Assembly: GCA_001775055.1 (NCBI GenBank) | Contig: MFBU01000022.1 | Location: 3,278 to 67,277, forward strand | Length of the DNA: 64,000 nt | From: Candidatus Curtissbacteria bacterium RIFCSPLOWO2_02_41_11 | Lineage (GTDB): Bacteria; Patescibacteriota; Microgenomatia; Curtissbacterales; GWA2-41-24 | Direction: 5' to 3' | In this document: one piece after another, positions 1 through 9,567 of the stretch | How positions within the stretch are numbered: position 1 is the stretch's first letter | How the letters are laid out: every line of letters starts with the position of its first letter | Notes under the pieces: model-generated | The model's database searches: none | What the model was told of the DNA's origin: nothing | The model's input: only the letters and a program-made list of their open reading frames with translations | Position numbers and translations under genes: made by a program

Positions 1-1
1 A

Positions 2-1198
2 GGACTTGAAGCTGATTACCTTGTTTTTAATGGCGGCTGGATATTTATAAGGCAAATTTTGACAAGCCTTAGTACACTTGCCATAGTATTTTTCTTTACA
101 AGGTTTGGGTCTAAAGAGGATTTTGGCGCTTATAATTTAATTCTTTCAATCTCTGCTTTGGCTTCCGTTTTTTCACTTCCCGGTGTCGCAACTGCAGTTA
201 TTCAATCTGTTGCTTCAGGTTTTGACCGTTCTTATTTTGTAGGTTTGAGGTTGCGATTTTTCTTTTCAATTACCGGTTCATTCTTTTTGATGACTCTTGC
301 TTATTATTACTTCTTAAAACAAGCTGAGGCTCTTTCTGTTTCTATTTTTTTAGTCGCACTCGTTTTTCCATTTTTAAATACGTTCGGCACTTATGACTCA
401 TTACTGAGCGGTAAAAAACTTTTTAGGAACCAATCGATAAGTTCTGTTTCAATTTCCGGGATTGTTTCTTTGGGGACAATTGTAGCAATTTTTCTTAAAC
501 TAAACGTTATTTTTATAATTTTTACCTATTTTTTCCTGACTACAGTTCTAAATATTTTTTTTCATAGTTTTTTTACTAAATACTTAAGTAAAGACTCACA
601 AACGGATAGCAAATTCAAAGAATATTCATATTTTATGTCTTTTATTTCCGGCTTGTCGCTTGTTGCGGCTAATCTGGACAAAATCCTCCTTGGATCTTTG
701 AGTGGGTTTTCGTCACTTGCGATTTATTCAACGGCTCTTTTAATTCCAGATGGGATAACCCGGAACCTAAAGGCGTTTATGGGCATTTATACGGTAAAAT
801 TGGCCGGCAAAAGTTCTTTGGAGAATAAAAAAGTACTGGCTTATTATTATTTAAGATTAATACTAATCGGGTTTATATTATCTTTTGCTTTATGGTTTAC
901 TCTTCCGTTTCTGATACCCTTTTTGTTTTCTGCTAAGTATGTTGAGGCGGTTGGATTCGCAAGATTAATTTCAATCACTTTGATTCTTTCTCCCATTGTA
1001 ACTGCACTTTCTTCAGCTGTTGTTTTTGAAAAACGTTACAAGGATACTTTACTTTTTAATATATTTCCTCAGGGAATTAAGATTCTTTTATATTTTATCT
1101 TAATTCCCTCTTTTGGGATACTCGGAATAGTATTTTCCTTGATGTTTGAAAGGCTTATCAGTGTGTCGCTTTTAACTTATATAGTTTTTAAAAAATGA
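2..1198 (+). CDS. Wzx/PST-family polysaccharide flippase-like membrane protein, 5' partial. The frame is open to the window edge, and the first in-window start is TTG at 59.
   Basis: The ORF track gives 59..1198, but the same frame has no stop back to position 2. The product is a multi-TM hydrophobic protein whose C-terminal half resembles polysaccharide biosynthesis or O-unit flippase proteins. It ends with ATGA overlapping the next gene. Confidence 0.5.
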   Translation, partial: GLEADYLVFNGGWIFIRQILTSLSTLAIVFFFTRFGSKEDFGAYNLILSISALASVFSLPGVATAVIQSVASGFDRSYFVGLRLRFFFSITGSFFLMTLAYYYFLKQAEALSVSIFLVALVFPFLNTFGTYDSLLSGKKLFRNQSISSVSISGIVSLGTIVAIFLKLNVIFIIFTYFFLTTVLNIFFHSFFTKYLSKDSQTDSKFKEYSYFMSFISGLSLVAANLDKILLGSLSGFSSLAIYSTALLIPDGITRNLKAFMGIYTVKLAGKSSLENKKVLAYYYLRLILIGFILSFALWFTLPFLIPFLFSAKYVEAVGFARLISITLILSPIVTALSSAVVFEKRYKDTLLFNIFPQGIKILLYFILIPSFGILGIVFSLMFERLISVSLLTYIVFKK

Positions 1199-2250
1199 AA
1201 AAGATCGTTGTATTATTCCCTCCGAGGGACAAACGCTCTGACGGCTATTACTTTCGCGTGGAACAGGAAATAAAAATATTATCAAGAAATTATGAGTTGG
1301 AGATTATCGAATTAGAACCTAAGGCTGACGGACTTCGAAAATTTATAAATTCATTACAGATTTTGCCAGTGTTAGTTAAAGCTATAAAAAATTCGGATAT
1401 AGTTCTTTTATATCCTTCTTGGATGTGGTATTTAACGGCTCCACTTACGAAGGTTTTTGACAATAAACTGGTTTTGGATCATTTCACGACAAACCTTTAT
1501 AATTTTGAATTTTCAAATTTTTCGGGTAAGTTCATCGTTAAGTTTATAGACGGATTGGTCTATAAACTTTTTGACGTTGTTATTACTCATACTGAAAGCA
1601 TGAAAAAACTGCTTGCCCAAACATATAAAATAGCTAAGGATAAAATTACTGTGAGTAATAGTTGTGTCGATGAAAGAATTTTTAAACAAGAAGCTAAGAA
1701 CAAAAATTTACTAAAAGAGTTAGGGTTACCGGTTGATAAGAAAATCATCATCTATAGTGGACTTTTCCATCCTTTTCATGGGGTCGATACCATTCTGGAT
1801 ACGACAAGGAGTTTGACGAAAAGAGATGATCTGTTTTTTATCATTTTAGGACGCAAGTTAAACAATGAGCCGAAAAATGTTTTTTCATTAAATTCTGTTC
1901 CGTATGGACAATTTCCAAAATATCTTTCGGTGGGTGATCTTTGGGTAGGAACTGTTGGCAGCGGTATACAAGGAGAAAGAGCTTTGTCTTCTAACATGAT
2001 TTCCGCTATGGCGATGGGATTAGTTGTTATCGTCGGTGATTGGGATGAAAACAAAGTGATAATTCACGACGGACTAAACGGATTTCTTGTGAAAAGAAAT
2101 GATGCTACAGTTTTATCTTCAAAGATCGTGAGCGTTTTAAAAAATAGGAATTTAAAAAAGATTAAACAAAATGCAAGAAAAACAGCAATCGAGAATTTTT
2201 CGATCAAAGTAATGGAGCAAAAGTTTACCACACTTTTTAACAAGTTATGA
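1195..2250 (+). CDS. GT4-family (GT-B, group 1) glycosyltransferase
   Basis: The C-terminal domain shows the pattern 'VGDWDENKVIIHDGLNGFLV', typical of the Glycos_transf_1 nucleotide-sugar binding domain. The gene is translationally coupled to its neighbours. Confidence 0.65.
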   Translation: MKKIVVLFPPRDKRSDGYYFRVEQEIKILSRNYELEIIELEPKADGLRKFINSLQILPVLVKAIKNSDIVLLYPSWMWYLTAPLTKVFDNKLVLDHFTTNLYNFEFSNFSGKFIVKFIDGLVYKLFDVVITHTESMKKLLAQTYKIAKDKITVSNSCVDERIFKQEAKNKNLLKELGLPVDKKIIIYSGLFHPFHGVDTILDTTRSLTKRDDLFFIILGRKLNNEPKNVFSLNSVPYGQFPKYLSVGDLWVGTVGSGIQGERALSSNMISAMAMGLVVIVGDWDENKVIIHDGLNGFLVKRNDATVLSSKIVSVLKNRNLKKIKQNARKTAIENFSIKVMEQKFTTLFNKL

Positions 2251-2888
2251 AAAAAGACGATTACTTCCAGACCCATTTTGCAGGTTGTTATTATAGGGAA
2301 AAAAATAACCCTACTAATCAAAAAAAACTAAAAGAGATTATTTATTTAGGTTATAAGAACGGTAGGATTTTGGACATTGGTTGTGCTTATGGATTTTTCC
2401 TTGGAGAAGCAGACAAATATGGTTTTGAAACTTATGGTATTGATATCTCAAAATATGCCTTAGGTCAAGCTGATAAAAATACAAAAGCAAAGCTTGTTCG
2501 CTTAAATTTATCTACCGACAAAATTCCTTTTAAAGATGTTGACGTTTGTGTAATGCTAAATACTCTGGAGCATATTCCTAATTACTGGCAGCTTTTAGAA
2601 GAGGTAAAGAGGATATTAAAAAGAAAGGGGCTTCTGTGTTTATTCGTTCCAACAGAAAAACGCTGGCTCACAGATCCAACTCACATTAATTTTTTCACTG
2701 TTAATACACTAAGATTTGTTTTAGAAAAAGCTGGTTTTAAGATAATAAAAATTGGCGAAGAAGGAGGCATTTTCCAAATTCCCTTAGGGGTATTTAGACT
2801 TTTGGTTAAAGGTAATACTAATTTCAATTTCGTGCCTGAAGGAACCGGTTCCTTCATTTCCTGTTTTGCCCAGAAATATTTTTTTTAA
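2247..2888 (+). CDS. Class I SAM-dependent methyltransferase
   Basis: Motif I 'ILDIGCAYGFF' (a GxGxG-like SAM-binding loop) is present, followed by an acidic residue at the end of beta2 and 'LNTLEHIP' (motif II/III). The size is about 210 aa. Confidence 0.65.
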   Translation: MKKDDYFQTHFAGCYYREKNNPTNQKKLKEIIYLGYKNGRILDIGCAYGFFLGEADKYGFETYGIDISKYALGQADKNTKAKLVRLNLSTDKIPFKDVDVCVMLNTLEHIPNYWQLLEEVKRILKRKGLLCLFVPTEKRWLTDPTHINFFTVNTLRFVLEKAGFKIIKIGEEGGIFQIPLGVFRLLVKGNTNFNFVPEGTGSFISCFAQKYFF

Positions 2889-4599
2889 ACGCTAAAATAT
2901 TTTCGTCTCCATTAAAATTTTTGCTTATTTGTAATTCAACAAATTGATAATCTTTTTCAATCATTTTAGAAAACCACGTAGGTTCTATTTTTTCATCAAC
3001 TATTAGCCATTGAACATTATTGTTTTTGAAATAATTTTCAAAATTTACAATAAATTCTGGGTTTTCATCTAATTCCTGTTTAACTTTAGATATAGCTGTG
3101 TTTTCATCTGTAAAATATTTCTTTGAGGAGGGTGGTAAATTCGGGACTATGTCTGGAACTGTACTAACAACAAGTCCCTTAGCATACCAAAGTTGATGAG
3201 GGCCATGCAGTGAAAAAATTTTAGCTTCTGGATTATAAACACGTATATAATCATAAATCTCTCTATACTTTGTTGTATAACCTAAGCCCGGATCAGGGAA
3301 AGAGTTTGCAACGGTAACACTTGTAAAAAGTGTATTTTTAGTTAGATTTGGAATAGAGATTTTGACGCCGAATAGTAAAATAATCACCGCAGCAATTAAT
3401 AATGCCGAATTGCTACCTAATTTTAGGATCTTTACAGCTTTGTATATTGTGAAAATTACTCCCTGGGCAAAAAACCAATAAACAATTACGACCGCAGGGA
3501 AAAGATATCTAAGATTGTTGTATCTATTGGTTGCAAAAATCATTAACCCTAAATAACTAATAAGTAGAACTAACAAGAAAATGTTTTGATTTTTTTGAAC
3601 AGACTCTCTTTGTGTTAGCACATAAACTATCCCGACGGCAATCAAAATTAGAGCGAAAAGCGGCTGGGCGAAAAACTTTATTGATAAAAAGAAGTATTCA
3701 ATATTTGGTTGAGAAAATTCTATATGATTTCCAAAAAACCTTAAGCCAAATATTCCGAAGATAATTGCAGAAATTAATAAGGTTAAAAGAAGGTTTTTCT
3801 TCTTTGAAAAAGTTATCTTGAGATATTGAATTCTATATAGACTAAAAAGTATCACTGTTGGGATTAACAAAACTGTAAGTGGATGGATTTGGTAGGTTAC
3901 AAAAAATAGAAGCAATCCTAAGACACTTAATAGAATTTGATTTTTGAACGTTACTTTTCCTTTAATAAGTCTGAGAATGAGATGGATTATTAGAAAAAAT
4001 AATGTATAAAACATTGTGTACATTCTTACTGTCCGAGTTTGCCAAATAAGAGTGGGGTCGAAAACCAATTGGCTGAAGAAAACTAAAGTAAAAAGACCAG
4101 TTCCTTCAGTTTTGTATGCTATTATCAAAACTACAACTAAAAATAAAGTTCCCCAAAAGACCGAGGGTGTCCGGGCTACTGTTTCGTTTACTCCAAAAAA
4201 TTTGAATGATTGAGCAACTTGCCAGGTATAAAAAGATGCACGATTGTAAATATAATTTATAGGTTTATTGGCCGTTCGGTCCCAGTATAGAAATTTTCCG
4301 GTTTTGTTAAATCCTTCTGCCGTAAAAACGTGTCTGAATTCGTCACCATAAAACTCTAAACTTCCCAAGTTCTCAATCCTTAGCCAAATACCCCAAATAA
4401 AAAATACCGCAAGTGATAAAAGAAAAAGAGGTCTCGGTACTCGTAAGATTTTAAAACTAAAATATTTGTTGAATTTACTTATTAAATTACTATTAACTGG
4501 TTTTATTAGAGTCAGGAGTAAAAACAAAAAAACGAAAAGTAGCAAAATTGCAATTGGAATGCGAGCATTTTGGATTAAAAAAATTGCAAATTCTGTCAT
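2854..4599 (-). CDS. Polytopic membrane protein, GT-C-like (ArnT/PMT-type DE motif), with a C-terminal extracytoplasmic domain
   Basis: There are about 10 predicted TM helices at the N-terminus. The motif 'YGDEFRHV' follows the first TM cluster, and a roughly 180-aa hydrophilic C-terminal domain completes the protein. Confidence 0.4.
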   Translation of the reverse strand: MTEFAIFLIQNARIPIAILLLFVFLFLLLTLIKPVNSNLISKFNKYFSFKILRVPRPLFLLSLAVFFIWGIWLRIENLGSLEFYGDEFRHVFTAEGFNKTGKFLYWDRTANKPINYIYNRASFYTWQVAQSFKFFGVNETVARTPSVFWGTLFLVVVLIIAYKTEGTGLFTLVFFSQLVFDPTLIWQTRTVRMYTMFYTLFFLIIHLILRLIKGKVTFKNQILLSVLGLLLFFVTYQIHPLTVLLIPTVILFSLYRIQYLKITFSKKKNLLLTLLISAIIFGIFGLRFFGNHIEFSQPNIEYFFLSIKFFAQPLFALILIAVGIVYVLTQRESVQKNQNIFLLVLLISYLGLMIFATNRYNNLRYLFPAVVIVYWFFAQGVIFTIYKAVKILKLGSNSALLIAAVIILLFGVKISIPNLTKNTLFTSVTVANSFPDPGLGYTTKYREIYDYIRVYNPEAKIFSLHGPHQLWYAKGLVVSTVPDIVPNLPPSSKKYFTDENTAISKVKQELDENPEFIVNFENYFKNNNVQWLIVDEKIEPTWFSKMIEKDYQFVELQISKNFNGDENILAFKKNISGQNRK

Positions 4600-4692
4600 T
4601 TATTCGAATAAAAATCGATAGATTAGCAGGAGTAATAGTATAGCATTAAAACTTCTTTAAGAAATAAACCTTCTTTTTTTAAAATTTCACAG

Positions 4693-5661
4693 GTGATGGT
4701 GATACAATACGCTAAAATGAAACCCCGTGTGAAAAAGCCTTTCTACTCGGTTGTTATTCCAGTCTACAACGAGGAGAAAAATGTTACTAATTTACATCAG
4801 GAAGTTGTTAGTGTAATGAAAGGTCTCAAGAAGAAATTCGAAATAATTTTTGTAAATGACGGGTCCACAGATAGGACCTTAGATAGACTCAAAATTCTTT
4901 CTCCAATTAAAATAATAAATTTTAGAGCTAATTTTGGTCAATCATCATCGTTAGACGCGGGAATCAAAAGCGCCCGAGGTGAAATAATCATAACAATGGA
5001 TGGGGATGGACAAAATGATCCTAAAGATATCCCTAATCTGCTGAAAAAATTAGGCTGTGGTTTTGATGTAGTTTGCGGTTGGCGATACAAGAGAAAAGAC
5101 CCTTTTTTAAAGAAATTTATCTCGTTAGGGGCAAGAGAACTGAAGAAAATATTCGTTCAAGATGAAATTCACGATTCTGTTTGTGCTCTTCGTGTTTACC
5201 GCAGGGAATGTTTTGAGGATTTAGACCTTTATGGTGAGCTTCATAGGATGATTCCGGGATTACTAAAATGGAGAGGTTTTAGGGTAACTGAGATAAAAGT
5301 TAATCATAGATTTCGTAGGTATGGTAAAAGCAAGTACGACTGGAAGAGGATAATTAGGGGATTTCTAGACATGATAGGAGTTTGGTTTTGGAGAAATTAC
5401 GAAAGTCGTCCATTACATCTATTCGGAACTTTAGGACTGATGACTACAGTAATTTCAATAATTTTTGGCATGTATTTAGCAATTATGAGGATGTTTTTTG
5501 GGTATTATTTAAGAGATAAAATTTGGCCTCTTGTTGTCACAACTGCTTTTATATTCGGTATACAACTATTAGTCTTTGGGCTTTTAGCTGATTTGATTCT
5601 CAAAAATCGCCCTAAGAAAGACTTCTATAAAATAAAGGAGATTATTGATAATAAAAGTTGA
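4693..5661 (+). CDS. Polyprenyl-phosphate sugar synthase, GT2 (GtrB/ArnC/DPM1-like) with two C-terminal TM helices
   Basis: The N-terminal GT-A signature is 'YSVVIPVYNEEKNV...FVNDGSTDRT...DGDGQ' (DXD-like). The hydrophobic C-terminal hairpin 'LHLFGTLGLMTTVISIIFG...LVVTTAFIFGIQLLVFGLLADLI' is classic for Und-P/Dol-P sugar synthases. Confidence 0.75.
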   Translation: MMVIQYAKMKPRVKKPFYSVVIPVYNEEKNVTNLHQEVVSVMKGLKKKFEIIFVNDGSTDRTLDRLKILSPIKIINFRANFGQSSSLDAGIKSARGEIIITMDGDGQNDPKDIPNLLKKLGCGFDVVCGWRYKRKDPFLKKFISLGARELKKIFVQDEIHDSVCALRVYRRECFEDLDLYGELHRMIPGLLKWRGFRVTEIKVNHRFRRYGKSKYDWKRIIRGFLDMIGVWFWRNYESRPLHLFGTLGLMTTVISIIFGMYLAIMRMFFGYYLRDKIWPLVVTTAFIFGIQLLVFGLLADLILKNRPKKDFYKIKEIIDNKS

Positions 5662-6604
5662 GTGTATGAAGCTGATACTTAGTAAGAAGATTCTTCTGAG
5701 GGTAGTTATTAGTGGTTTGCTTCTTCTGCTTATTTTACAAAAAATCTCGTTTGTTGAGATTTTAAAAATAATTGAAAAGGCAAATATTCTCCTTTTTCTC
5801 CAAGCTTTGCTTTTGGCAATTCTTTTTTTTGTATTAAAATCCTACCGTCTATATTTACTGGCTAAACTTATGGTGAAGAATTCAGAGATAAATTTTGGAA
5901 CTGTGTTAGGTAGTTCTCTTATAGGATATTTTTACAATTTGGTTCTACCTTCCAGTATTGGAGGAGATTTTGTTAAAGGTATTTATCTTTCAAATAGGAC
6001 CATTTCAAAAAGCAGCGGCATATTTTTGTCTTTTATCGACAGAGTTGCTGGATTATACGGTTTTGCTGTCCTCGGACTTTTAGGGATAACTCTAGTATTA
6101 ATTGAAAAGTTGTCCTTGCCTTTTTCGTTATTATTAGTGACATTAATTTTTATTTTTATTTCTCTAGGAATCTCTATTGCTATTTTGTTGTCTGAGAGCC
6201 TCGTAGGCATCGCAAGAAAAATTAAATTATTAAAATTTCTTTCATTTTTTGAGGAGATAGATTTTTCTCAGAAGAAAATTTTTTTTGTTTTGGCAACAGT
6301 CTCTGTTTTCTTTCAAATAATTAATGTCATAACCTACATTGTTGCTGCCAAATCGATAGGTATTTCTTTGCCCTTCGAGTATTTTTACGTTCTCATTCCC
6401 CTTTTGAGTTTAGTACTTACCTTGCCAATTACAATTTCTGGAATTGGCCTGAGAGAAGTATCTGCAGTCGCACTGTTTTATGGTCTAGGCGTTCCAAATG
6501 AGAAAATTGTAGCTATGACAACCATTATTTTTTCTCAATTCATAATTATAGGGTTGGCCGGTGGCATTTTGCAAATTTTTAAAACTGATAACAATAAACT
6601 TTAA
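5645..6604 (+). CDS. Flippase-like integral membrane protein (LPG-synthase TM region / UPF0104-like)
   Basis: The protein has about 8 TM helices with a conserved basic residue pattern ('KSYRLYLLAK'). It overlaps the preceding GtrB-like GT2 gene and is co-directional with it, an arrangement recurrently seen for GT2 plus flippase-domain pairs. Confidence 0.45.
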   Translation: MIIKVECMKLILSKKILLRVVISGLLLLLILQKISFVEILKIIEKANILLFLQALLLAILFFVLKSYRLYLLAKLMVKNSEINFGTVLGSSLIGYFYNLVLPSSIGGDFVKGIYLSNRTISKSSGIFLSFIDRVAGLYGFAVLGLLGITLVLIEKLSLPFSLLLVTLIFIFISLGISIAILLSESLVGIARKIKLLKFLSFFEEIDFSQKKIFFVLATVSVFFQIINVITYIVAAKSIGISLPFEYFYVLIPLLSLVLTLPITISGIGLREVSAVALFYGLGVPNEKIVAMTTIIFSQFIIIGLAGGILQIFKTDNNKL

Positions 6605-7263
6605 CTTTTTTTAAAAAAAATAAAATAACCGCAGACATAACTTTTTAAAAATTTCGAATTCTGGACTAAAATTGTTGAGTCTAAGTATGTTAACAAATCA
6701 AAAAATGGGAATAATAGATATAAAGGGTATCGCAGCAAAATCCAGGGCATGTTCGTTATTGCTGCCCTTAGAATCTCTGAAATCAATGTAAAAAAATAGC
6801 CCTGTTCTTCAAATATTTCGATTTTAAGTTTATTAATTTTTGCTAAAGATTCCCATTTTTCTCTACCAACCCTCTGGTAATCATTTGGATCAGGATGAAG
6901 TGGATACATGAATGGAGAGGATATGATTAAATGGCCCCTTTTTTTAAGAACTCTAACGCATTCAGAAAATCCTTTCTCATAATTATCGACGTGTTCAAAA
7001 AGTTCGGTTGCTTTAACTGTATCAAAACTTTCATCTTTAAAAGGCAATTTTGCCACCGAAGCAACAATATCAGGTTTAGTTTTTTTATCAATATCAACGA
7101 CAATCCATTTTTTAGTCCTAGGATGTTTAAATTTACCGTCCTTTTTACCTCCTCCGATATCAAGCACGTTTCCTTTAAAAAGGTACTGATATTCATTTAA
7201 GGCCTTATCCAGGGCTTTTCTTCTGTAGGTTGTAAGAAAATAATATTTTATTTCCTCAAACAT
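6601..7263 (-). CDS. Class I SAM-dependent methyltransferase
   Basis: Motif I is 'VLDIGGGKKDGKF', and 'TVKATELFEHV' marks the post-II region. The size is about 220 aa. Confidence 0.6.
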   Translation of the reverse strand: MFEEIKYYFLTTYRRKALDKALNEYQYLFKGNVLDIGGGKKDGKFKHPRTKKWIVVDIDKKTKPDIVASVAKLPFKDESFDTVKATELFEHVDNYEKGFSECVRVLKKRGHLIISSPFMYPLHPDPNDYQRVGREKWESLAKINKLKIEIFEEQGYFFTLISEILRAAITNMPWILLRYPLYLLFPFFDLLTYLDSTILVQNSKFLKSYVCGYFIFFKKS

Positions 7264-8329
7264 GCTTTAAGACATAATTTTCGGTTCTCAATAACAGTGT
7301 TAGACTGAAATCTTTTTCTATTTTCTTCCTAGCTTTCTTCCTCAACTTCTCCATTAAATTTTTATTCTCTAGAATTGTCTTTATTCCGCTACTTAATCCT
7401 TCGATGGACTCATTTACCAATAAACCGTTTTCGCCGTTATTAATTATATCCTTGTTACCCTCATTATCTGTTGCTACAACCGGTAACCCACAGGCCATGG
7501 CTTCCATTAATACCTTTGGGCTACCTTCTAAGTATGAAGGCAGAACAAAAATATCTGCTTGGTTATAAATTTTTGGCATTTTAGTATTTTCTACCTTGTC
7601 GATAATTTTAAGGTTTACCTTCTGCTGTTTGGCAACTTGCATTAAATGTGATTTTAAGCTGCCAGATCCAACAATTGTTAGATCCGCATTAACTTTCGAC
7701 ATAGCTTTTATTAAGTTTTCAAAATTTTTTTGTTTTTCTAATCTTCCGACGGAAAGGACCTGAATTCTTTTGTGTTTAGGTTTTATTTTAGTAGGTCTAA
7801 AAAAGTTGGTATCAACACCGTTTGGCAGGTAAATAGCTTTACTTTTTGGCAATTCTTTAAAGATTGGCTTGTTAGCCGCAAATATTTTGGAAGAGAAAAA
7901 TATCGCCAATGGAGACAATAATTTAAAAAATATAGCTTGCAAGTTCTTATTTTCGATTTGAGCAAATTTCGGGTAATCATATGCCCAGTTGAAAATAAAT
8001 GGTTTGCCCAAAAAAATTCTTGAAATAATCGCAGGGATAGTACCTGAAAGATGGTAAGCTCTTATTACATCGCAATCGAGAACATATTTGATATTGATAA
8101 TGGGCATAAGAAATCCATAAAGATAACGGTGCAATGCGTATTTATTGGCTACAAGAATTACATTTCTGGGTAAATCATTGACTTTTTCATTAGTATAAGA
8201 AAAGACATAGACTTTTGAAAATTCCTTGGCAAAAGCGGATAAATAAAATTTTTTAAAACGGACATCCTGGCCGGTTTTGGCCATGTCTTTGAAACTGTCC
8301 CCCGTTGCTAGAAAAATCCCCAAAGTCAT
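7256..8329 (-). CDS. GT4-family glycosyltransferase
   Basis: The motif 'EGSPKVLMEAMACGLPVVATDNEGNKDIINNGENGLLV' is the E-x7-E motif of retaining GT4 enzymes. Confidence 0.7.
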   Translation of the reverse strand: MTLGIFLATGDSFKDMAKTGQDVRFKKFYLSAFAKEFSKVYVFSYTNEKVNDLPRNVILVANKYALHRYLYGFLMPIINIKYVLDCDVIRAYHLSGTIPAIISRIFLGKPFIFNWAYDYPKFAQIENKNLQAIFFKLLSPLAIFFSSKIFAANKPIFKELPKSKAIYLPNGVDTNFFRPTKIKPKHKRIQVLSVGRLEKQKNFENLIKAMSKVNADLTIVGSGSLKSHLMQVAKQQKVNLKIIDKVENTKMPKIYNQADIFVLPSYLEGSPKVLMEAMACGLPVVATDNEGNKDIINNGENGLLVNESIEGLSSGIKTILENKNLMEKLRKKARKKIEKDFSLTLLLRTENYVLKHV

Positions 8330-9567
8330 CGTACTAATTTCCTGTAAATATCCAAATGCTCTGATACCAGTTTTTGATTAAAATTTTTAAGTTCAGAGTA
8401 ATTTTGAATGATGTTTTTTTGAAGAAAAGAATTCCTGTTGAGACTTTTGATTATCGTTTTTGCAAGACTTTTGGCATCGTTTTCGCTACCATAGCCAAAT
8501 ACTCCTTCACGAATTACTTCCACCAATCCTGTATTTTTGGTGAAGACAACAGGGGTCGCAAATGAAAGAGCTTCCAGTCCCACCCTTGGAAGAGGATCAG
8601 GCCAGTATGAGGGCACAACAACAAGTTTTGCCTTTTGGTAATAAGCAAATACCTGAGAGTGCTCTAAATGACCAAGATAGGAAATTTTTTTGTCAACCTT
8701 TGCAGCTTCTTTGACTTTTTGACTGAGTGGGCCACTGCCAATTATCACTAGTCGCGTCTTTGGATACTTCCTTCTCACCTTTTTATAAGCTTCTAGCAAT
8801 ATTGGCAGACCTTTTCCATATGTAAGTCTGCCAACAAACAATATGAAATTTTCTTTTTTTCTGCTGTTTGGATTAGTAAATATGTAGGGATTGTAAATAA
8901 CCTTTATTGGTCTGACAATGCCATTTGCTTTAAGAATCGAACCAACCTTATGGCTAATGGCGATGATCAAATCAACCCTGTTGATGAAAAATTTGAGAAA
9001 ATTTCTGGAGAAGCGTCCCCACACTGCGTAAAGTAGGTTTAAGAAAAGAGTTGTTAGTTTTTTATTTTCGACATAATTTTGATAGTACTTTCTAAAATCT
9101 TTGAAAAAATACTCTTTTAAGTTGCAGGCTTTATTTCTTTGAAAAAGGCATAAACCATAGTTACAAACAAGAATATAGTCTCTGACAGTGGCAACGACTG
9201 GTTTTTTTAAAAAAATATTGGCTAGCATTGCAGGAGGCACTGAATACTTTCCTTGAACATGAATAATGTCGGGGTTTTCTTTTCGTAATTTGAAAAATAA
9301 AAAAAGAGTAGACCAAAATATCCAAAGGGGGTTGGTGAATGCAAAATTCCCGGGAAAAGTACTTGTCGAGGTTAATCTTTTGTAAAATGGGTATCTTAAA
9401 ATTTTAATTCCATCTAAAATTTCTTCTTTTGGGGCACCAAAATTTGGAGTCAGGATAACAACCTTAACGTTTTTCTCCTTTAAAAGTTTAGCAATATAAA
9501 AAGTACTCCATTCTGCTCCACCTGCAGAAAAGGGTAGAAAATATTCAATAACAAAGGCCACTTTCAT
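8326..9567 (-). CDS. GT4-family glycosyltransferase
   Basis: The N-terminal segment 'FLPFSAGGAEWSTFYIAKLLKEKNVKVVILTP' matches the Glyco_trans_4-like N-domain. The C-terminal segment 'PSYWPDPLPRVGLEALSFATPVV' carries the E-x7-E variant. Confidence 0.7.
   Translation of the reverse strand: MKVAFVIEYFLPFSAGGAEWSTFYIAKLLKEKNVKVVILTPNFGAPKEEILDGIKILRYPFYKRLTSTSTFPGNFAFTNPLWIFWSTLFLFFKLRKENPDIIHVQGKYSVPPAMLANIFLKKPVVATVRDYILVCNYGLCLFQRNKACNLKEYFFKDFRKYYQNYVENKKLTTLFLNLLYAVWGRFSRNFLKFFINRVDLIIAISHKVGSILKANGIVRPIKVIYNPYIFTNPNSRKKENFILFVGRLTYGKGLPILLEAYKKVRRKYPKTRLVIIGSGPLSQKVKEAAKVDKKISYLGHLEHSQVFAYYQKAKLVVVPSYWPDPLPRVGLEALSFATPVVFTKNTGLVEVIREGVFGYGSENDAKSLAKTIIKSLNRNSFLQKNIIQNYSELKNFNQKLVSEHLDIYRKLVR

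Noticed and set aside
1776-2321. Small minus-strand ORFs (92 aa and 85 aa) antisense to the GT4 and methyltransferase genes
   Set aside because: They are fully embedded antisense in well-supported genes. They have low-complexity translations and no start context. They are a typical AT-rich frame artefact.
6927-7200. Pair of overlapping 89-aa ORFs on both strands inside the 6601-7263 methyltransferase gene
   Set aside because: The methyltransferase frame has clear SAM-binding motifs. The alternatives are lysine- and isoleucine-rich antisense artefacts.
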